From a virus, in the IMG/VR virus record IMGVR_UViG_3300007512_000025, positions 13,428-77,427 of that record: DNA of 64,000 bases; one strand, written 5' to 3'. Position numbers and translations under genes: made by a program. Under the pieces are notes generated by a model that saw nothing but the letters and a program-made list of their open reading frames with translations, did no database searches and was not told where the DNA came from. Shown one piece after another: positions 1-10,519 of the stretch. How positions within the stretch are numbered: the first letter of the stretch is position 1; each line of letters begins with the position of its first letter.

Positions 1-2787
1 CTCGGGCTAGGAGTTCTGGCTCACGGTGTTGCAAAGATTATTGGGGGGCTGACTGAAATGCTTCGGCTTTTTATGTCGGCACCGGACGCAATCATCCCCG
101 CAGTTCTTGGGCTGGCAATGGTCGCTGCTGTAGTTTATGGCATCGCATGGGCTTTCGCTACGCTCGCTCCAATCGCACCCCTCGCGATGATGGCTATGAT
201 TCAGATTGGTATCGGCATGATGTTTCTTGCGGTTCCCATAATGCTGTTGTCTGTGGGCATAGCGATGATGGGTAACGCACTGGCATTGATGGATACAGCG
301 ACGATGTTACAGTTCGCAATGGTGTTGCCAATCTTTGCGTGGGCTTTGATGGCTTCTATTGTTCCAATGATGATTGCCGCAGCATTCTTTGCACCCGCCG
401 CTTTCGCCATCGGTCTTGGTTTAGCATTTATTGGTCTTGGTCTTCAATTAATTGCACCTAATGTTTCTAGTATGCCCATGCTCGCCATCGGCTTGATGGC
501 TCTCGGATGGGGCTTGCTCGCTGCCGCTTTCCCAATGTGGCTTGCGTCAATCTTTTTTGCGCCCGCTGCGGTTCTTGTCGGCATCGGCTTGGCTGCACTT
601 GGTCTGGGCTTGAATCTTATTGCCCCCAATGTTGGTGCCATGCCGGGTGTTGCTCTGGGCTTGGTCGCGCTTGGTTGGGGCTTATACGCCGCAGCCTTCC
701 CAATGTGGCTCGCCTCAATCTTTTTTGCACCCGCAGCGATTTTTGTCGGCATTGGTTTGGCTGCGCTCGGTCTGGGCTTAAAATTAATCGTACCACATGT
801 ACCAGCAATGGCAATGCTAGGTCCAAACTTGATTCTTCTCGCCATTGGTCTTTATTTTGCAGTGCCACTACTTCTCGCTGTTGGTATTCCTTTGGTCATC
901 GCAGGCATACTTATTGGATATGGTGGGTTGATGTTGGGGCTGGGTCTGGGTGCCCTTGGTTTGGGCGTCGGAAAGTTAATGCCGCATCTTCCAAACATGG
1001 GCTTGCTTGCTATAATGTTGCCGCTCCTTGCTGCTGCTCTGATGTGGTCAGCTACCCCGCTTCTTATTGCAGGCGTCTTGCTGCTCGCCGCTGGCGTGCC
1101 ATTTGGTTTGGGCGCAGCGATGATTGGCATCGGACTCTGGGCACTTACAGCTACGTCCGCAGATTGGCCAACATTATTGATTTTGCCTGCCGTCGCCATG
1201 GCATTGATGATGGCTGCTCCGATGTTATTCTGGGCGGGGCTTGCGATGCTCAACGCAGGACCGGGATTTATTGTTGGCGCAATTTTGATTGGAATTGGTA
1301 TGGCGATTCTTGCGAATCCGTTGATGCAATTTGCTCAGGCGATTGCGGTTCTAGGTCCGTTTATTCCCGCACTGCCAGCTTTGGCAATGGGTCTAATCAT
1401 GCTCGGCTTTGCCTTGCCAATCTTTGGATTTGGATTGTTGATGCTTGGCATCGTTGCTTCACTGCCGTTCTTCTCTACGGGGCTTGATGTTTTAACTGAG
1501 GCACTTTATGTGTTTGCAGACGCAATGTCTGGAATTCCAACAGAGAAAGCTGTGGCGCTTGGACAAATTTTCCAAGGCTTGGGCGGGCTGACTGACATGG
1601 CTGGCGTCGGCTCTGCGCTGATGGATTTCTCTTGGGGTGTTATGTTCTTGGGCTATGCCCTGACCTTCATGCCCGATGGTGCCGACTTGATGGCGATGGC
1701 AGAAGGACTCAAGATGTTCGCGGAGACAGGCGCAAAACATGTTCTACCTGTATCCATTGCTCTTTATTCAGCCGCACCTTATCTACTCGCAGCAGCATTT
1801 TTACTGGCACCAGCAGCCTTCTGGCTTGCAGTCGCTGGTCCACCTCTTGCATGGGCGATGTTCTGGATATCGACAGCATTCGGCTTCATGGGCGAGGGGC
1901 CAGCGAAGGCTGGCATGGAAGCGGTTAACCAGAATTTCTTGGGAGCAGCAATTGGATTGTTTATTGGTGCGCCTTTGTTATTCTTTGCTTCTATATGGTT
2001 ATTCTTTGCTGCACCGCTGTTCTTTATCGCCGCCTTCTTTATTGCCTTGGGAATGTCGATGCTGAACGAGCCGCTGTTGCAGTTTACGATGACCATGCTG
2101 TTATTGGCACCCATCGCGGGAGCCTTACCTGCGCTAGCGTATGGTTTGTTCTTGCTGGGACTCGCTTTGCCTGTCTTTGGGTGGGGATTGTTTATGCTCG
2201 GCATCTTTGCTTCTCTACCATTCTTCCGTACAGGGCTTAGTGTACTCACTGAAGCACTTTATATATTCGCTGATGCCATGTCTACAATTCCAGTTGAGAA
2301 GGCGGTCGCTCTTGGGCAGATTTTCACGGGTCTTGCTGCAATGACAGATATGGATGCGATGGCTGACGGGCTATACACTGTTGCCGGGGCAATCTGGTTC
2401 CTGTCTTGGATTATGGGAACCATCCCAGAAGAAACATTAATGAAGATGAAGATGGTCTTTGACACTGCCCTTGACCCACTTAATCAATTGGCAACAAACT
2501 TGACCCCAGAGGTGGTTACAAACGCCAGCGGTCTGGTAACAGAGGCTGAACGGTATGGTATCGCTCAGGCGTCGATGAAGGGCTTTGACCAAGATGCATT
2601 TGCTCAGGCTGTTGTCGGCGCTGCTAAGGCTGCTGGAGGCGGCGAAGGCAGTGGTGAGAAGGGTTCCGGCGGCGGCGAAGGCGGCGGCGGCAAGGGTCAG
2701 GATGTTGTTCTGGTTCTTAACGAGAGAGAATTTGGACGTGCAATTGAAGTTTATATGAACAAGAGAATTCCTTTGGGAGTGTCCTAA
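1..2787 (+). CDS. Tape-measure-like, extremely hydrophobic repeat protein (5'-partial)
   Basis: The frame is open from base 1. Ala/Gly/Leu/Met-rich with 56-aa and 251-aa internal repeats. The C-terminus QDVVLVLNEREFGRAI resembles tape-measure ends, and the gene lies directly upstream of tube/baseplate-like genes. Confidence 0.6.
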   Translation, partial: LGLGVLAHGVAKIIGGLTEMLRLFMSAPDAIIPAVLGLAMVAAVVYGIAWAFATLAPIAPLAMMAMIQIGIGMMFLAVPIMLLSVGIAMMGNALALMDTATMLQFAMVLPIFAWALMASIVPMMIAAAFFAPAAFAIGLGLAFIGLGLQLIAPNVSSMPMLAIGLMALGWGLLAAAFPMWLASIFFAPAAVLVGIGLAALGLGLNLIAPNVGAMPGVALGLVALGWGLYAAAFPMWLASIFFAPAAIFVGIGLAALGLGLKLIVPHVPAMAMLGPNLILLAIGLYFAVPLLLAVGIPLVIAGILIGYGGLMLGLGLGALGLGVGKLMPHLPNMGLLAIMLPLLAAALMWSATPLLIAGVLLLAAGVPFGLGAAMIGIGLWALTATSADWPTLLILPAVAMALMMAAPMLFWAGLAMLNAGPGFIVGAILIGIGMAILANPLMQFAQAIAVLGPFIPALPALAMGLIMLGFALPIFGFGLLMLGIVASLPFFSTGLDVLTEALYVFADAMSGIPTEKAVALGQIFQGLGGLTDMAGVGSALMDFSWGVMFLGYALTFMPDGADLMAMAEGLKMFAETGAKHVLPVSIALYSAAPYLLAAAFLLAPAAFWLAVAGPPLAWAMFWISTAFGFMGEGPAKAGMEAVNQNFLGAAIGLFIGAPLLFFASIWLFFAAPLFFIAAFFIALGMSMLNEPLLQFTMTMLLLAPIAGALPALAYGLFLLGLALPVFGWGLFMLGIFASLPFFRTGLSVLTEALYIFADAMSTIPVEKAVALGQIFTGLAAMTDMDAMADGLYTVAGAIWFLSWIMGTIPEETLMKMKMVFDTALDPLNQLATNLTPEVVTNASGLVTEAERYGIAQASMKGFDQDAFAQAVVGAAKAAGGGEGSGEKGSGGGEGGGGKGQDVVLVLNEREFGRAIEVYMNKRIPLGVS

Positions 2788-2810
2788 TTAATATGATGGA
2801 GGAAAGATAA

Positions 2811-3605
2811 ATGGCAGACTATGGTTGGTCAGATGGCACGTTTGATAGTGGCATGGAAGGCGATAATACAGACTTGCTTGCGAATTTAAAAGGTCTTGTT
2901 ATTGACATTTTTCATATTCCGTCAAAGTCGAATGTTGTCTTTAAGGCGTTTGTTACGTCTTATCAGGATAAGTTTGCATCGGAGTATAACACGGAAGATG
3001 TTTATGGGCGCATGGACCCCATTCAAACCTTCAAGGCAACCAAAAGAAATATTTCTTTGGGGTGGGACGTTGTTTCTGCCTCGGCAAAAGAAGCAAAAGA
3101 AAACTTAGAGCGTTGTACAAGATTATTCCAGATGCTATACCCGTCGTATGCCGCCACAGGCGCATCATCCGCGCCTACTACCGGGTCAGCCGGTGAATCT
3201 GTGGCTGGCACAGCAAGTACGATTACTGGTGGACCTATTTTTAGATTAAAGTTTGCCAATCTCATCCAAGATGTATCGGCTGAGATTAGCGAAGGCTCTG
3301 CAACTTCAGCAGAAATTGCTGGGCTTGTTGGGACAATCAGCGGGTTCACTTATGAGCCGGATTTTGACGCTGGCTTTTTTGATGAAGGTATCGGTACTCT
3401 ATACCCACAGACAATTAATTTGTCTATGGAATATACTGTCAACCATACTCATGAATTGGGCTGGAAAGCCGAAGGCGCTGACTCGAAAAACCGTACCCAT
3501 GCATTCCCGTACAACAATAGTGGCGAAGAACCCGAGGTCGGCACTCCCACAACTGATGACCCCGACGAGGCAGAAGCAGCGGGCGGCGAAACGACTGGCG
3601 CGTGA
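2811..3605 (+). CDS. Putative tail tube initiator / baseplate protein
   Basis: SEYNTEDVYGRMDPIQTFKATKRNISLGWDV resembles tube-initiator-like proteins of large myoviruses. GGAGG SD; sits between the tape measure and the LysM gene. Confidence 0.5.
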   Translation: MADYGWSDGTFDSGMEGDNTDLLANLKGLVIDIFHIPSKSNVVFKAFVTSYQDKFASEYNTEDVYGRMDPIQTFKATKRNISLGWDVVSASAKEAKENLERCTRLFQMLYPSYAATGASSAPTTGSAGESVAGTASTITGGPIFRLKFANLIQDVSAEISEGSATSAEIAGLVGTISGFTYEPDFDAGFFDEGIGTLYPQTINLSMEYTVNHTHELGWKAEGADSKNRTHAFPYNNSGEEPEVGTPTTDDPDEAEAAGGETTGA

Positions 3606-3638
3606 TTCCCATGGTCAGTATAATATAGGAGATAAATA

Positions 3639-3983
3639 ATGGCAGGCAGCAGATACGACAGCAAAAGACCAAAGGTTAACACAACCGATGTTTATGAAGA
3701 ACTTCGGGAAGAACGTGGTGTTTCAAAAATCACTCATTACCAAACTGCCAATCTGACTCATCCGACCGTTGAGCAGCGACGGCAGCTTGAAAGGATTGGG
3801 CATATTTGGAAGGTAGGAGACAGATTCTATAAGCTTGCACATGCTCACTATGGCGACACCCGCTACTGGTGGGTGATAGCTTGGTACAATAAGAAACCAA
3901 CAGAGTCGCATATAAAAATAGGCGACACTATTAAAATTCCTCACCCTCTGCACAAGGTGCTGGGATTCATGAGGAATGAATAA
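3639..3983 (+). CDS. LysM-like baseplate wedge protein (T4 gp53 / P2 gpX-like)
   Basis: HIWKVGDRFYKLAHAHYGDTRYWWVIAWYNKKP...IKIGDTIKIP is a LysM/gpX pattern. Confidence 0.7.
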   Translation: MAGSRYDSKRPKVNTTDVYEELREERGVSKITHYQTANLTHPTVEQRRQLERIGHIWKVGDRFYKLAHAHYGDTRYWWVIAWYNKKPTESHIKIGDTIKIPHPLHKVLGFMRNE

Positions 3984-6343
3984 TGGCAGACCCAGAAGTC
4001 ATAGAGAATGAAGAAGATGCATTAGAAGCAAGGCGCCTGCAAGAGCAGTGCTTTTTAATTAATAGTTTTGAAGGCTTTGCTGAGTCCAATATGGAGAAGA
4101 CATATGAAAATTTTATTCCCATTCAGCATGATAGCCCAATGGAGGTTGTCCAGAAGCTGTTAGCCATCCCAGACCTTATGGGGCTGATGTCTATCAAGCC
4201 TTATTTACTCTCTGCCTTGGTTCCACAGATACGACTTTATAAAGTTCACTATGAAACTGTCTCAGCCAGCGGTACTCCAATTGAAATGCCATTTGAAGAC
4301 TTCTTGAGTGCGTCCATGTTGGAAAATATAACTGCTTCCGGCTCCCAGCGCGGCATGGGCGTCGGCTTAAAAAGTTTTGAGTGGGAGTTGCTTGGGACAA
4401 ACCCCGCAGAATCAGATAATAATATTAAAGCAAAATTGAAATTGCACTTCAATACGCTTGAGGATTTCGTTACGCCAAGAGGATACCATGCGGAGACAGA
4501 AACAGAAGTCTCTTACATGAATCTGATTGTCCCAGTCAAAAAGTTTAATCTAGATACCTCCGATAAGTGTGACGATAAGCAGTCAGAAGGTCAGAGAAGT
4601 TATAATAATAAATACTTTCGGTTGAAGGTGTCAGTTGGCTATGGCACACCCGCAGGCTCAATCTGGGATGCAGCCGCTGAAGGTGCGGCTCTCAAGGGCG
4701 CAATTGACAACGCTAGACAGTTTTTTTACTTAACCCTTATTAGCCATTCGTTGGACTTTAGAGAAGACGGCTCGCTGGACTTGGAAGTTGAGTATGTGGC
4801 GGCGATGGAGGGCGCACTTATTCACCCTAAAGCGGATGTGCTGCTGATATCTGACCAAGCTGAAGCTATTATGGAGAATATAGAAGAACGTGCTGCCGAA
4901 GAAGCCGAGCAGCAGGAAGCGGTCGATGCAGAGACAGAGGCTAATTGCAAGAACGATGACGATGATACCGCAGAAGCAGATGATTTGGAAAAGCTGGAAG
5001 AAGACAACGCAGAAGCCAATGCCGATGACAAAGCTATTTTGTATAAGGCGATTTTATCAGCCTTGGAAGACACAGGGGGAATTTATTCCTTTTCATTAGA
5101 TGCTGAAGACGTGGGCGAGTTAAGCGGAGGGCAAGCTGCCAACGCCGATGACATTGAACGACCAACGTGGAGCAAATCAGATGTCATCCGCGAAACAAAC
5201 AACCGTGCATCAGTGTCGGGTTCGACCGCTGAGTTGGGCGATGCTGTTGACAGTGCTGCCGATGATGGGGGTGCCGAAGCCGCCCAAGCTTCCGCTGCCG
5301 CCGAACCGGATGAACAGCAGATTATGTATTTTCACTTCGGCGACTTGTTGGACGTTGCATTGGGGGTCTTATACAAAAACGGACACCCAAATGAACTTTC
5401 TGAAATAAAATGCCTGACGGGACCATATGTCTATTTCAATCCAAATTCAGGAAAACTATCGAGCCAATATAACATGTGTGATATTCCAATTGCAATGAAC
5501 TTGTTTTCGGTTTGGTTCATGGACAATGTGGTAAAGCCGCAGCGACTAAAATACCCACTGAAACAATTTATTAAAGATGCAGTCACTGGGCTTGTCGGTG
5601 CTGCCATGAAACCGCAATGTTTCGGGAGCGACTATGGAGCAGCCCCAGCCTCCCTCAGTATGCAGCTAATAGAGGCACCAGCTACCAACGATGGTAAGTG
5701 TCGCGTCACCAACACCGACCCCGATGGAGCAGCCATCGGTGGCAAGCGCGTGGGCATCGACGCTATCATGCCCTATCCCGATGCCATCGACGCAGAAACG
5801 GCAAAGGCTTACTCGTATTTGTTCATGTATGTTTCCTCTGCTGGTGCCAATGCGTTTGGTCCACCTCAAGATGGCGAAGGCACGCGAGAAGAAAGAGATT
5901 CTAAGTTGGGCATTTATCATATGAGAATCGGCTCGGACTCTGGGCTGCTCAAGAAAGTTAAATTTAAAAAGAGCGACCAACCGTATGCTAGAGAAGCCCG
6001 CATGGAACAGGCGGGCGAACTTGATGGCGATTCGTTGAGGGAAAAATACGATGCAGATGTGGAGTTGTTTGGCAACGCTATATTTAAACCGGGTACACAC
6101 TGCTATATTGACCCTACAACGGTTGGGGCAGGCGACCCCGCAAGAATTGAAACGCTAGCAAGAAGAATGGGGTTAGGTGGATACTTTATGGTAACAAAGG
6201 TCAAGTCGGCAATTGAAGCAGGAAAGTTTTCAACAGACCTTGAAACGATTTGGGTCGCCAGCGGGTCAGGTAAAGCCCCCACTGATGCATGTGGCGAGAG
6301 CGATGAAGAGTGTTCGGACGGGGCACCGGGTTCACCAGTATAA
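3983..6343 (+). CDS. Putative baseplate hub protein
   Basis: 786 aa. C-terminal DADVELFGNAIFKPG...LGGYFMVTKVKSAI...FSTDLE is typical of hub proteins; follows the LysM gene. Confidence 0.55.
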   Translation: MADPEVIENEEDALEARRLQEQCFLINSFEGFAESNMEKTYENFIPIQHDSPMEVVQKLLAIPDLMGLMSIKPYLLSALVPQIRLYKVHYETVSASGTPIEMPFEDFLSASMLENITASGSQRGMGVGLKSFEWELLGTNPAESDNNIKAKLKLHFNTLEDFVTPRGYHAETETEVSYMNLIVPVKKFNLDTSDKCDDKQSEGQRSYNNKYFRLKVSVGYGTPAGSIWDAAAEGAALKGAIDNARQFFYLTLISHSLDFREDGSLDLEVEYVAAMEGALIHPKADVLLISDQAEAIMENIEERAAEEAEQQEAVDAETEANCKNDDDDTAEADDLEKLEEDNAEANADDKAILYKAILSALEDTGGIYSFSLDAEDVGELSGGQAANADDIERPTWSKSDVIRETNNRASVSGSTAELGDAVDSAADDGGAEAAQASAAAEPDEQQIMYFHFGDLLDVALGVLYKNGHPNELSEIKCLTGPYVYFNPNSGKLSSQYNMCDIPIAMNLFSVWFMDNVVKPQRLKYPLKQFIKDAVTGLVGAAMKPQCFGSDYGAAPASLSMQLIEAPATNDGKCRVTNTDPDGAAIGGKRVGIDAIMPYPDAIDAETAKAYSYLFMYVSSAGANAFGPPQDGEGTREERDSKLGIYHMRIGSDSGLLKKVKFKKSDQPYAREARMEQAGELDGDSLREKYDADVELFGNAIFKPGTHCYIDPTTVGAGDPARIETLARRMGLGGYFMVTKVKSAIEAGKFSTDLETIWVASGSGKAPTDACGESDEECSDGAPGSPV

Positions 6344-6358
6344 GGGAGGATATGATTT

Positions 6359-7771
6359 ATGTCAAAGTTAACAGCAAAGAAAGTTAAGAAACGGATTAAA
6401 AGGTACGGTATTAAGAAGGGCAGGGTAGGCGACCCCAGTCTTATCCCAGTTGGCGTCAACGAGTTGGGAGCAAAGGACTTGTTTATTCAAAAAGGGCTTT
6501 ACGCCACCACTTCATATCCAGATTTTGCTCCAACACCGTTGGATACATTTCATAAATATAATAATCTTTATGGCAGAGTTGATGACAGCATGAATCCAAT
6601 TTTCTTAGCTGAAGATAATTTAAAACAGTTGCCAATGGGACCGAGTGGGGATACAATGTTCGCTCTGGGTTTTGTTGCGGAAGCTTTCAAGGACTTGCAA
6701 AAATATTTTAAAAATGCCGTCGCCACAGGGCGAGTGTCAGAAGCAGACACCGCTTATCCAACTCCAGAAGCGTTGCAGGCGTGGAGTACGGACACGGGCG
6801 TCCACGCTAAGTATAACCTTTATTGGGAAAGTTTGTATACAACATTTGTTGGAAAATATATGGACTCATTCTTGAATCAAAAAATCCGCAATTTTGATGA
6901 TTTTGTAAAAGTGTTTTTGGGGTACACCACGACGTTGGCTTATTCAAAGCCCGTCACCCGGGTGGCGTTCCTCACTTCTAATAAGATAGACCCCCGCGCA
7001 TCTGGTCTTGTGATAGATATGTACTCGGGAGAGCATGATGATGACTATGCCAAGTATACCGGATTCATTCGCGACCAAAACTTTTCTTTCTTTGCCAGAA
7101 GCTGTGAACGCTTCGGCTTTTATGTTAATAAAAATGCTCCTTGGCGCATTTGTGCTGACATTACTAATCCGTACATGCAAGAAAAACTCAAGCAATTCGG
7201 GATGGAATCCGAAAAGGAATTTTTCACCACTTATTACCTGAAGGCGTCAAATTATGAATTAGATAACTTGAAGATAAGGTTGTTTCAAGTCTACGATTTG
7301 TTTTTAAAGCAATATCCAGACGTAACAACCCTTTCTCCCTCAACCGCCCCAGAGATAGCTGCATCGTTTGTGCCGGGAAGGAAAAAAGATGGGGGTATCA
7401 AGACGATTATTACTTATCAGCAACGAGAGACAATGACGTTTGAAGAATTGAACAGGAGGTTCCCAGATGAATATTGGATGAGGCTTTATATTTACCTGAG
7501 AGCAGTCGAAACCCACAAGACCTATACCCAAATAGAGTTTGATAGAACAGTGAGGGTCGCCTGTGAATATATGAATTATGTTGGATTGTGGAGGGCGATT
7601 GAATATACTGATGAGGTCTTTCGTCTAACAGACAATGAGATTTACGAACAGCGGACAAGCCCGCTCTATGAAAAAACTTTGAAAAAAGACTTGACAGCCG
7701 AAGATGAGTGTGTTACATTATCAAGTAATATAAATGAAGTCAGAAGTTCCAGACCCAGTTTCTATTTTTAA
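6359..7771 (+). CDS. Hypothetical protein (470 aa)
   Basis: Long ORF with GGAGG SD; no recognisable motif. Confidence 0.6.
   Translation: MSKLTAKKVKKRIKRYGIKKGRVGDPSLIPVGVNELGAKDLFIQKGLYATTSYPDFAPTPLDTFHKYNNLYGRVDDSMNPIFLAEDNLKQLPMGPSGDTMFALGFVAEAFKDLQKYFKNAVATGRVSEADTAYPTPEALQAWSTDTGVHAKYNLYWESLYTTFVGKYMDSFLNQKIRNFDDFVKVFLGYTTTLAYSKPVTRVAFLTSNKIDPRASGLVIDMYSGEHDDDYAKYTGFIRDQNFSFFARSCERFGFYVNKNAPWRICADITNPYMQEKLKQFGMESEKEFFTTYYLKASNYELDNLKIRLFQVYDLFLKQYPDVTTLSPSTAPEIAASFVPGRKKDGGIKTIITYQQRETMTFEELNRRFPDEYWMRLYIYLRAVETHKTYTQIEFDRTVRVACEYMNYVGLWRAIEYTDEVFRLTDNEIYEQRTSPLYEKTLKKDLTAEDECVTLSSNINEVRSSRPSFYF
7691..7719 (+). promoter_or_regulatory. Sigma70-type promoter upstream of polA
   Basis: TTGACA-17 nt-TACATT with extended -10 TG. 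Confidence 0.6.
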
Positions 7772-7780
7772 AGGTGATTA

Positions 7781-8965
7781 ATGCTGTTTCAGACACTTGA
7801 TGACAAGGCAGAGTGCTTTGGCATATATGCGGATGGTCATGTCTACTATGAGAACCTTCCAAACGACCTGACAAGGACGTGGAATTATTCAAGCCACCTC
7901 GGTGCGGCACCGATTGAGTACGCTCAGATGCTCTGTGGCGGTCGTTCGCTGGCAGAAGTATGCCCAGCCCACCTCAAGCCAGAGTGGGAAGCTGTCACTC
8001 ATCAGATGAGGGCATATTTAAATTCTTTTCGTGAAGCTAAAATTTCGCTCAATGAACATTGCTTCTATAACTTGGTTCCCGAGCGTTTTCTGGTTGATTT
8101 GTGTGAGGCTAAAAATAGTATTTGTGAATTTGTTTTTGAAAATTATCAGAAGCCAGAAAACTATGATTTCATGATGGATGTTGTTCGCCTCACCACGGAT
8201 ATAAACAATCATCGCCTCTGTATCGACAAGCATCCCATGCGCTCTCGGCTCGGCACTCATCAGGGTCGCCTCTTGTGGCGCACCTTGGACGCTATGAGTC
8301 GCTATATTAAATACAATGCGTATGGCACCAAGACCGGGCGGCTCTCAACAGTCAAGGGAAGCTTCCCAATACTGACATTGAATAAAGATTTTCGCAGCAT
8401 CTTGGTTCCAAACAATGACTGGCTGGTCGAACTTGATTTCAATGCCGCTGAGTTGAGGACGCTCCTTGGCTTGTCTGGGCTGCAACAGCCAGTCGATGAC
8501 ATTCACATGTGGAATGTAAAAAACGTATACGCTGGGCAACTCACTAGAGATGAGGCAAAGCAGAAGATATTTGCATGGCTCTACAACCCCGAGGCGACTG
8601 ACACTAGATGTAGCAAGGCATACAAGAGGGGCGAAGTCTTGGGAGAGTATTGGGACGGGCAGACAGTTGCGACTCCATTTAATAGGAAAATTCCTGCCGA
8701 CAAGAAACATGCGCTCAACTATTTAATACAAAGCACCTCCAGCGATGTCTTTTTAGACCGAGCGGTGGCTGTTCATGAATTTCTTAAAGACAAGAAAAGT
8801 CATATTTCAATGCTCATTCACGACAGCATTGTTCTTGACTTGGCTGAGTGTGATATGCCCGAGTTGAAAAAAATTGTTAACATTTTCTCTGAAACGCGGT
8901 ATGGTAAGTACAAGGTTGGCGTTAGTGCTGGAAAGACCTTTGGTGATTTGCGGAGGATTCGATGA
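7781..8965 (+). CDS. polA: Family A DNA polymerase, short form (polymerase domain only)
   Basis: TKTGRLS, motif A DFNAAELR, motif B RDEAKQKIFAWLY, NYLIQS, motif C IHDS. Confidence 0.8.
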   Translation: MLFQTLDDKAECFGIYADGHVYYENLPNDLTRTWNYSSHLGAAPIEYAQMLCGGRSLAEVCPAHLKPEWEAVTHQMRAYLNSFREAKISLNEHCFYNLVPERFLVDLCEAKNSICEFVFENYQKPENYDFMMDVVRLTTDINNHRLCIDKHPMRSRLGTHQGRLLWRTLDAMSRYIKYNAYGTKTGRLSTVKGSFPILTLNKDFRSILVPNNDWLVELDFNAAELRTLLGLSGLQQPVDDIHMWNVKNVYAGQLTRDEAKQKIFAWLYNPEATDTRCSKAYKRGEVLGEYWDGQTVATPFNRKIPADKKHALNYLIQSTSSDVFLDRAVAVHEFLKDKKSHISMLIHDSIVLDLAECDMPELKKIVNIFSETRYGKYKVGVSAGKTFGDLRRIR

Positions 8966-9834
8966 ATGTTATTGGGCTTGGTTCTGCTGGCTGTGCTATC
9001 GCCGATTCTCTAGATAAATATTCGCAGTACGATATCTATAAGCTTGACAATGGTCTTGAGCGTAAAGGCAATACATATCCAATCGCCATTCAACGGACAC
9101 ACGAAGAATATGATAAGGAGCCAATTAAGCTGACTCAGTTTATCTCGCGGATGAAGAAGTCTGATACGTTGCTCTTTATTCTTGGCGGCGGCGGTGCCAT
9201 CTCTGGGGCGTCTTTGCAGGTATTGCGCCAGCTTCATAAGAAGTATCCGAATTCAATTGATATTATGTACATCAAGCCAGATGTGGAATTGCTTTCTGAA
9301 CTCGGTCGGCTCAGGGACAGGGTTTGCTTTCGGGTTCTTCAGGAGTATGCAAGGTCAGGTGTCTTTCGTTCGATTTTGCTGGTGAGCAATCCACACATTG
9401 AGGCTGCGATTGGTGATGTGCCAATAAAAAATTATTATGAAAATATGAATAATTTTATCGCCTATGCGTATCATATGCAGAACGTCTTTAGAAACACCCA
9501 GCCAGAGATTTCATCTTTGTCCAGTAGCAAGCCCGAACATGTGCGACTGTGGACGCTTGGAGTTTTGGACGTAGAAAAAAATGAAGAAAAATTGTTTTTT
9601 CCCCTTGACAAGCCCACCGAGAAGTGTTATTATTATGGCATCAATGAAGAAAGGCTGGAAACAGATGGGAAACTACTAAGAGAAATACGGAAACAGGTTA
9701 AGGCTAACTCAGAACAGGCTGGGGCACCGTGTTCGTATGCCATCCACTCTACATCTTATGAAGATGATATGGCATATGTAACTTGCTGGTCGAGTCAAAT
9801 TCAGGCGTACCCTGAAAACTATCAAAGCTTATAA
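8962..9834 (+). CDS. Divergent tubulin/FtsZ-family protein
   Basis: N-terminal VIGLGSAGCAIAD and glycine-rich ILGGGGAISGAS, matching the positions of the FtsZ T1 loop and GGGTGSG signature. Confidence 0.65.
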   Translation: MNVIGLGSAGCAIADSLDKYSQYDIYKLDNGLERKGNTYPIAIQRTHEEYDKEPIKLTQFISRMKKSDTLLFILGGGGAISGASLQVLRQLHKKYPNSIDIMYIKPDVELLSELGRLRDRVCFRVLQEYARSGVFRSILLVSNPHIEAAIGDVPIKNYYENMNNFIAYAYHMQNVFRNTQPEISSLSSSKPEHVRLWTLGVLDVEKNEEKLFFPLDKPTEKCYYYGINEERLETDGKLLREIRKQVKANSEQAGAPCSYAIHSTSYEDDMAYVTCWSSQIQAYPENYQSL

Positions 9835-9852
9835 AGCAAAAGGAAGAAGAAA

Positions 9853-10131
9853 ATGAAAATTCTATTGACTAGTATTATTATTGCAGCAGGGTTGGCAGCG
9901 TCCACTCCCGCAGAGGCACACCCTCCACCAACAGGGCCAAGCGTAGAAGTGCGCCTTGTGTGGGTATGGGTGCCAGCGTATGTTGAACGAGGCATCCGTG
10001 TCCGTGGGCAGTGGCGACACGTCCAGTATGGAAGCAGCGTCCACCTTCGGCACCGTCACCACCGACCAGTGGCTCGCCACGTCCACGCTCCCCGTGGTCG
10101 GCACCACGCTCACCCAAGACGGCACCGATAA
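9853..10131 (+). CDS. Small secreted His/Arg-rich protein
   Basis: Signal peptide ending AEA-H, WVWVPA..RGQW motif, His-rich tail. Confidence 0.5.
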   Translation: MKILLTSIIIAAGLAASTPAEAHPPPTGPSVEVRLVWVWVPAYVERGIRVRGQWRHVQYGSSVHLRHRHHRPVARHVHAPRGRHHAHPRRHR

Positions 10132-10158
10132 TTTATTTTAAAAAAGTGAAAAAAGTCC

Positions 10159-10187
10159 TTGACAAGACTTGCAGCACATGTTATATT
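10159..10187 (+). promoter_or_regulatory. Sigma70-type promoter
   Basis: A-tract UP element, TTGACA-17-TATATT with TG extension. Confidence 0.7.
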
Positions 10188-10222
10188 GTTATCACATTCA
10201 AACACAAAGAAAGGAGAGTTGA

Positions 10223-10519
10223 ATGATTGCACAGCGCGGAACCTTCGTTAAAGCCAACGGGGAGGAACGACAGATGAACTTTGTTCGTCTGGACAACCTG
10301 CCAGATAGCTTTATGGATAAGAACACACTTGGGACTGGCACTGCGCCAAGTCTATCAGAGGGGCAAGAGCTTGTCTGGGACTTGGATGCTAGTGGCTTCC
10401 GTGTGTTCAACTGGAAGACAGCTATCGGTGATGTCATCGAATACAGGCTTCCAAACAAGCAAGAAGTTTCTTCAGAAAATTCTGAGATTCCTCTTAACAA
10501 CACGACGGAAATCGTGTAA
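10223..10519 (+). CDS. Hypothetical protein (WYL/SH3-like phage family)
   Basis: FVKANGEERQM...VWDLDASGFRVFNW pattern; AAGGAG SD. Confidence 0.55.
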   Translation: MIAQRGTFVKANGEERQMNFVRLDNLPDSFMDKNTLGTGTAPSLSEGQELVWDLDASGFRVFNWKTAIGDVIEYRLPNKQEVSSENSEIPLNNTTEIV

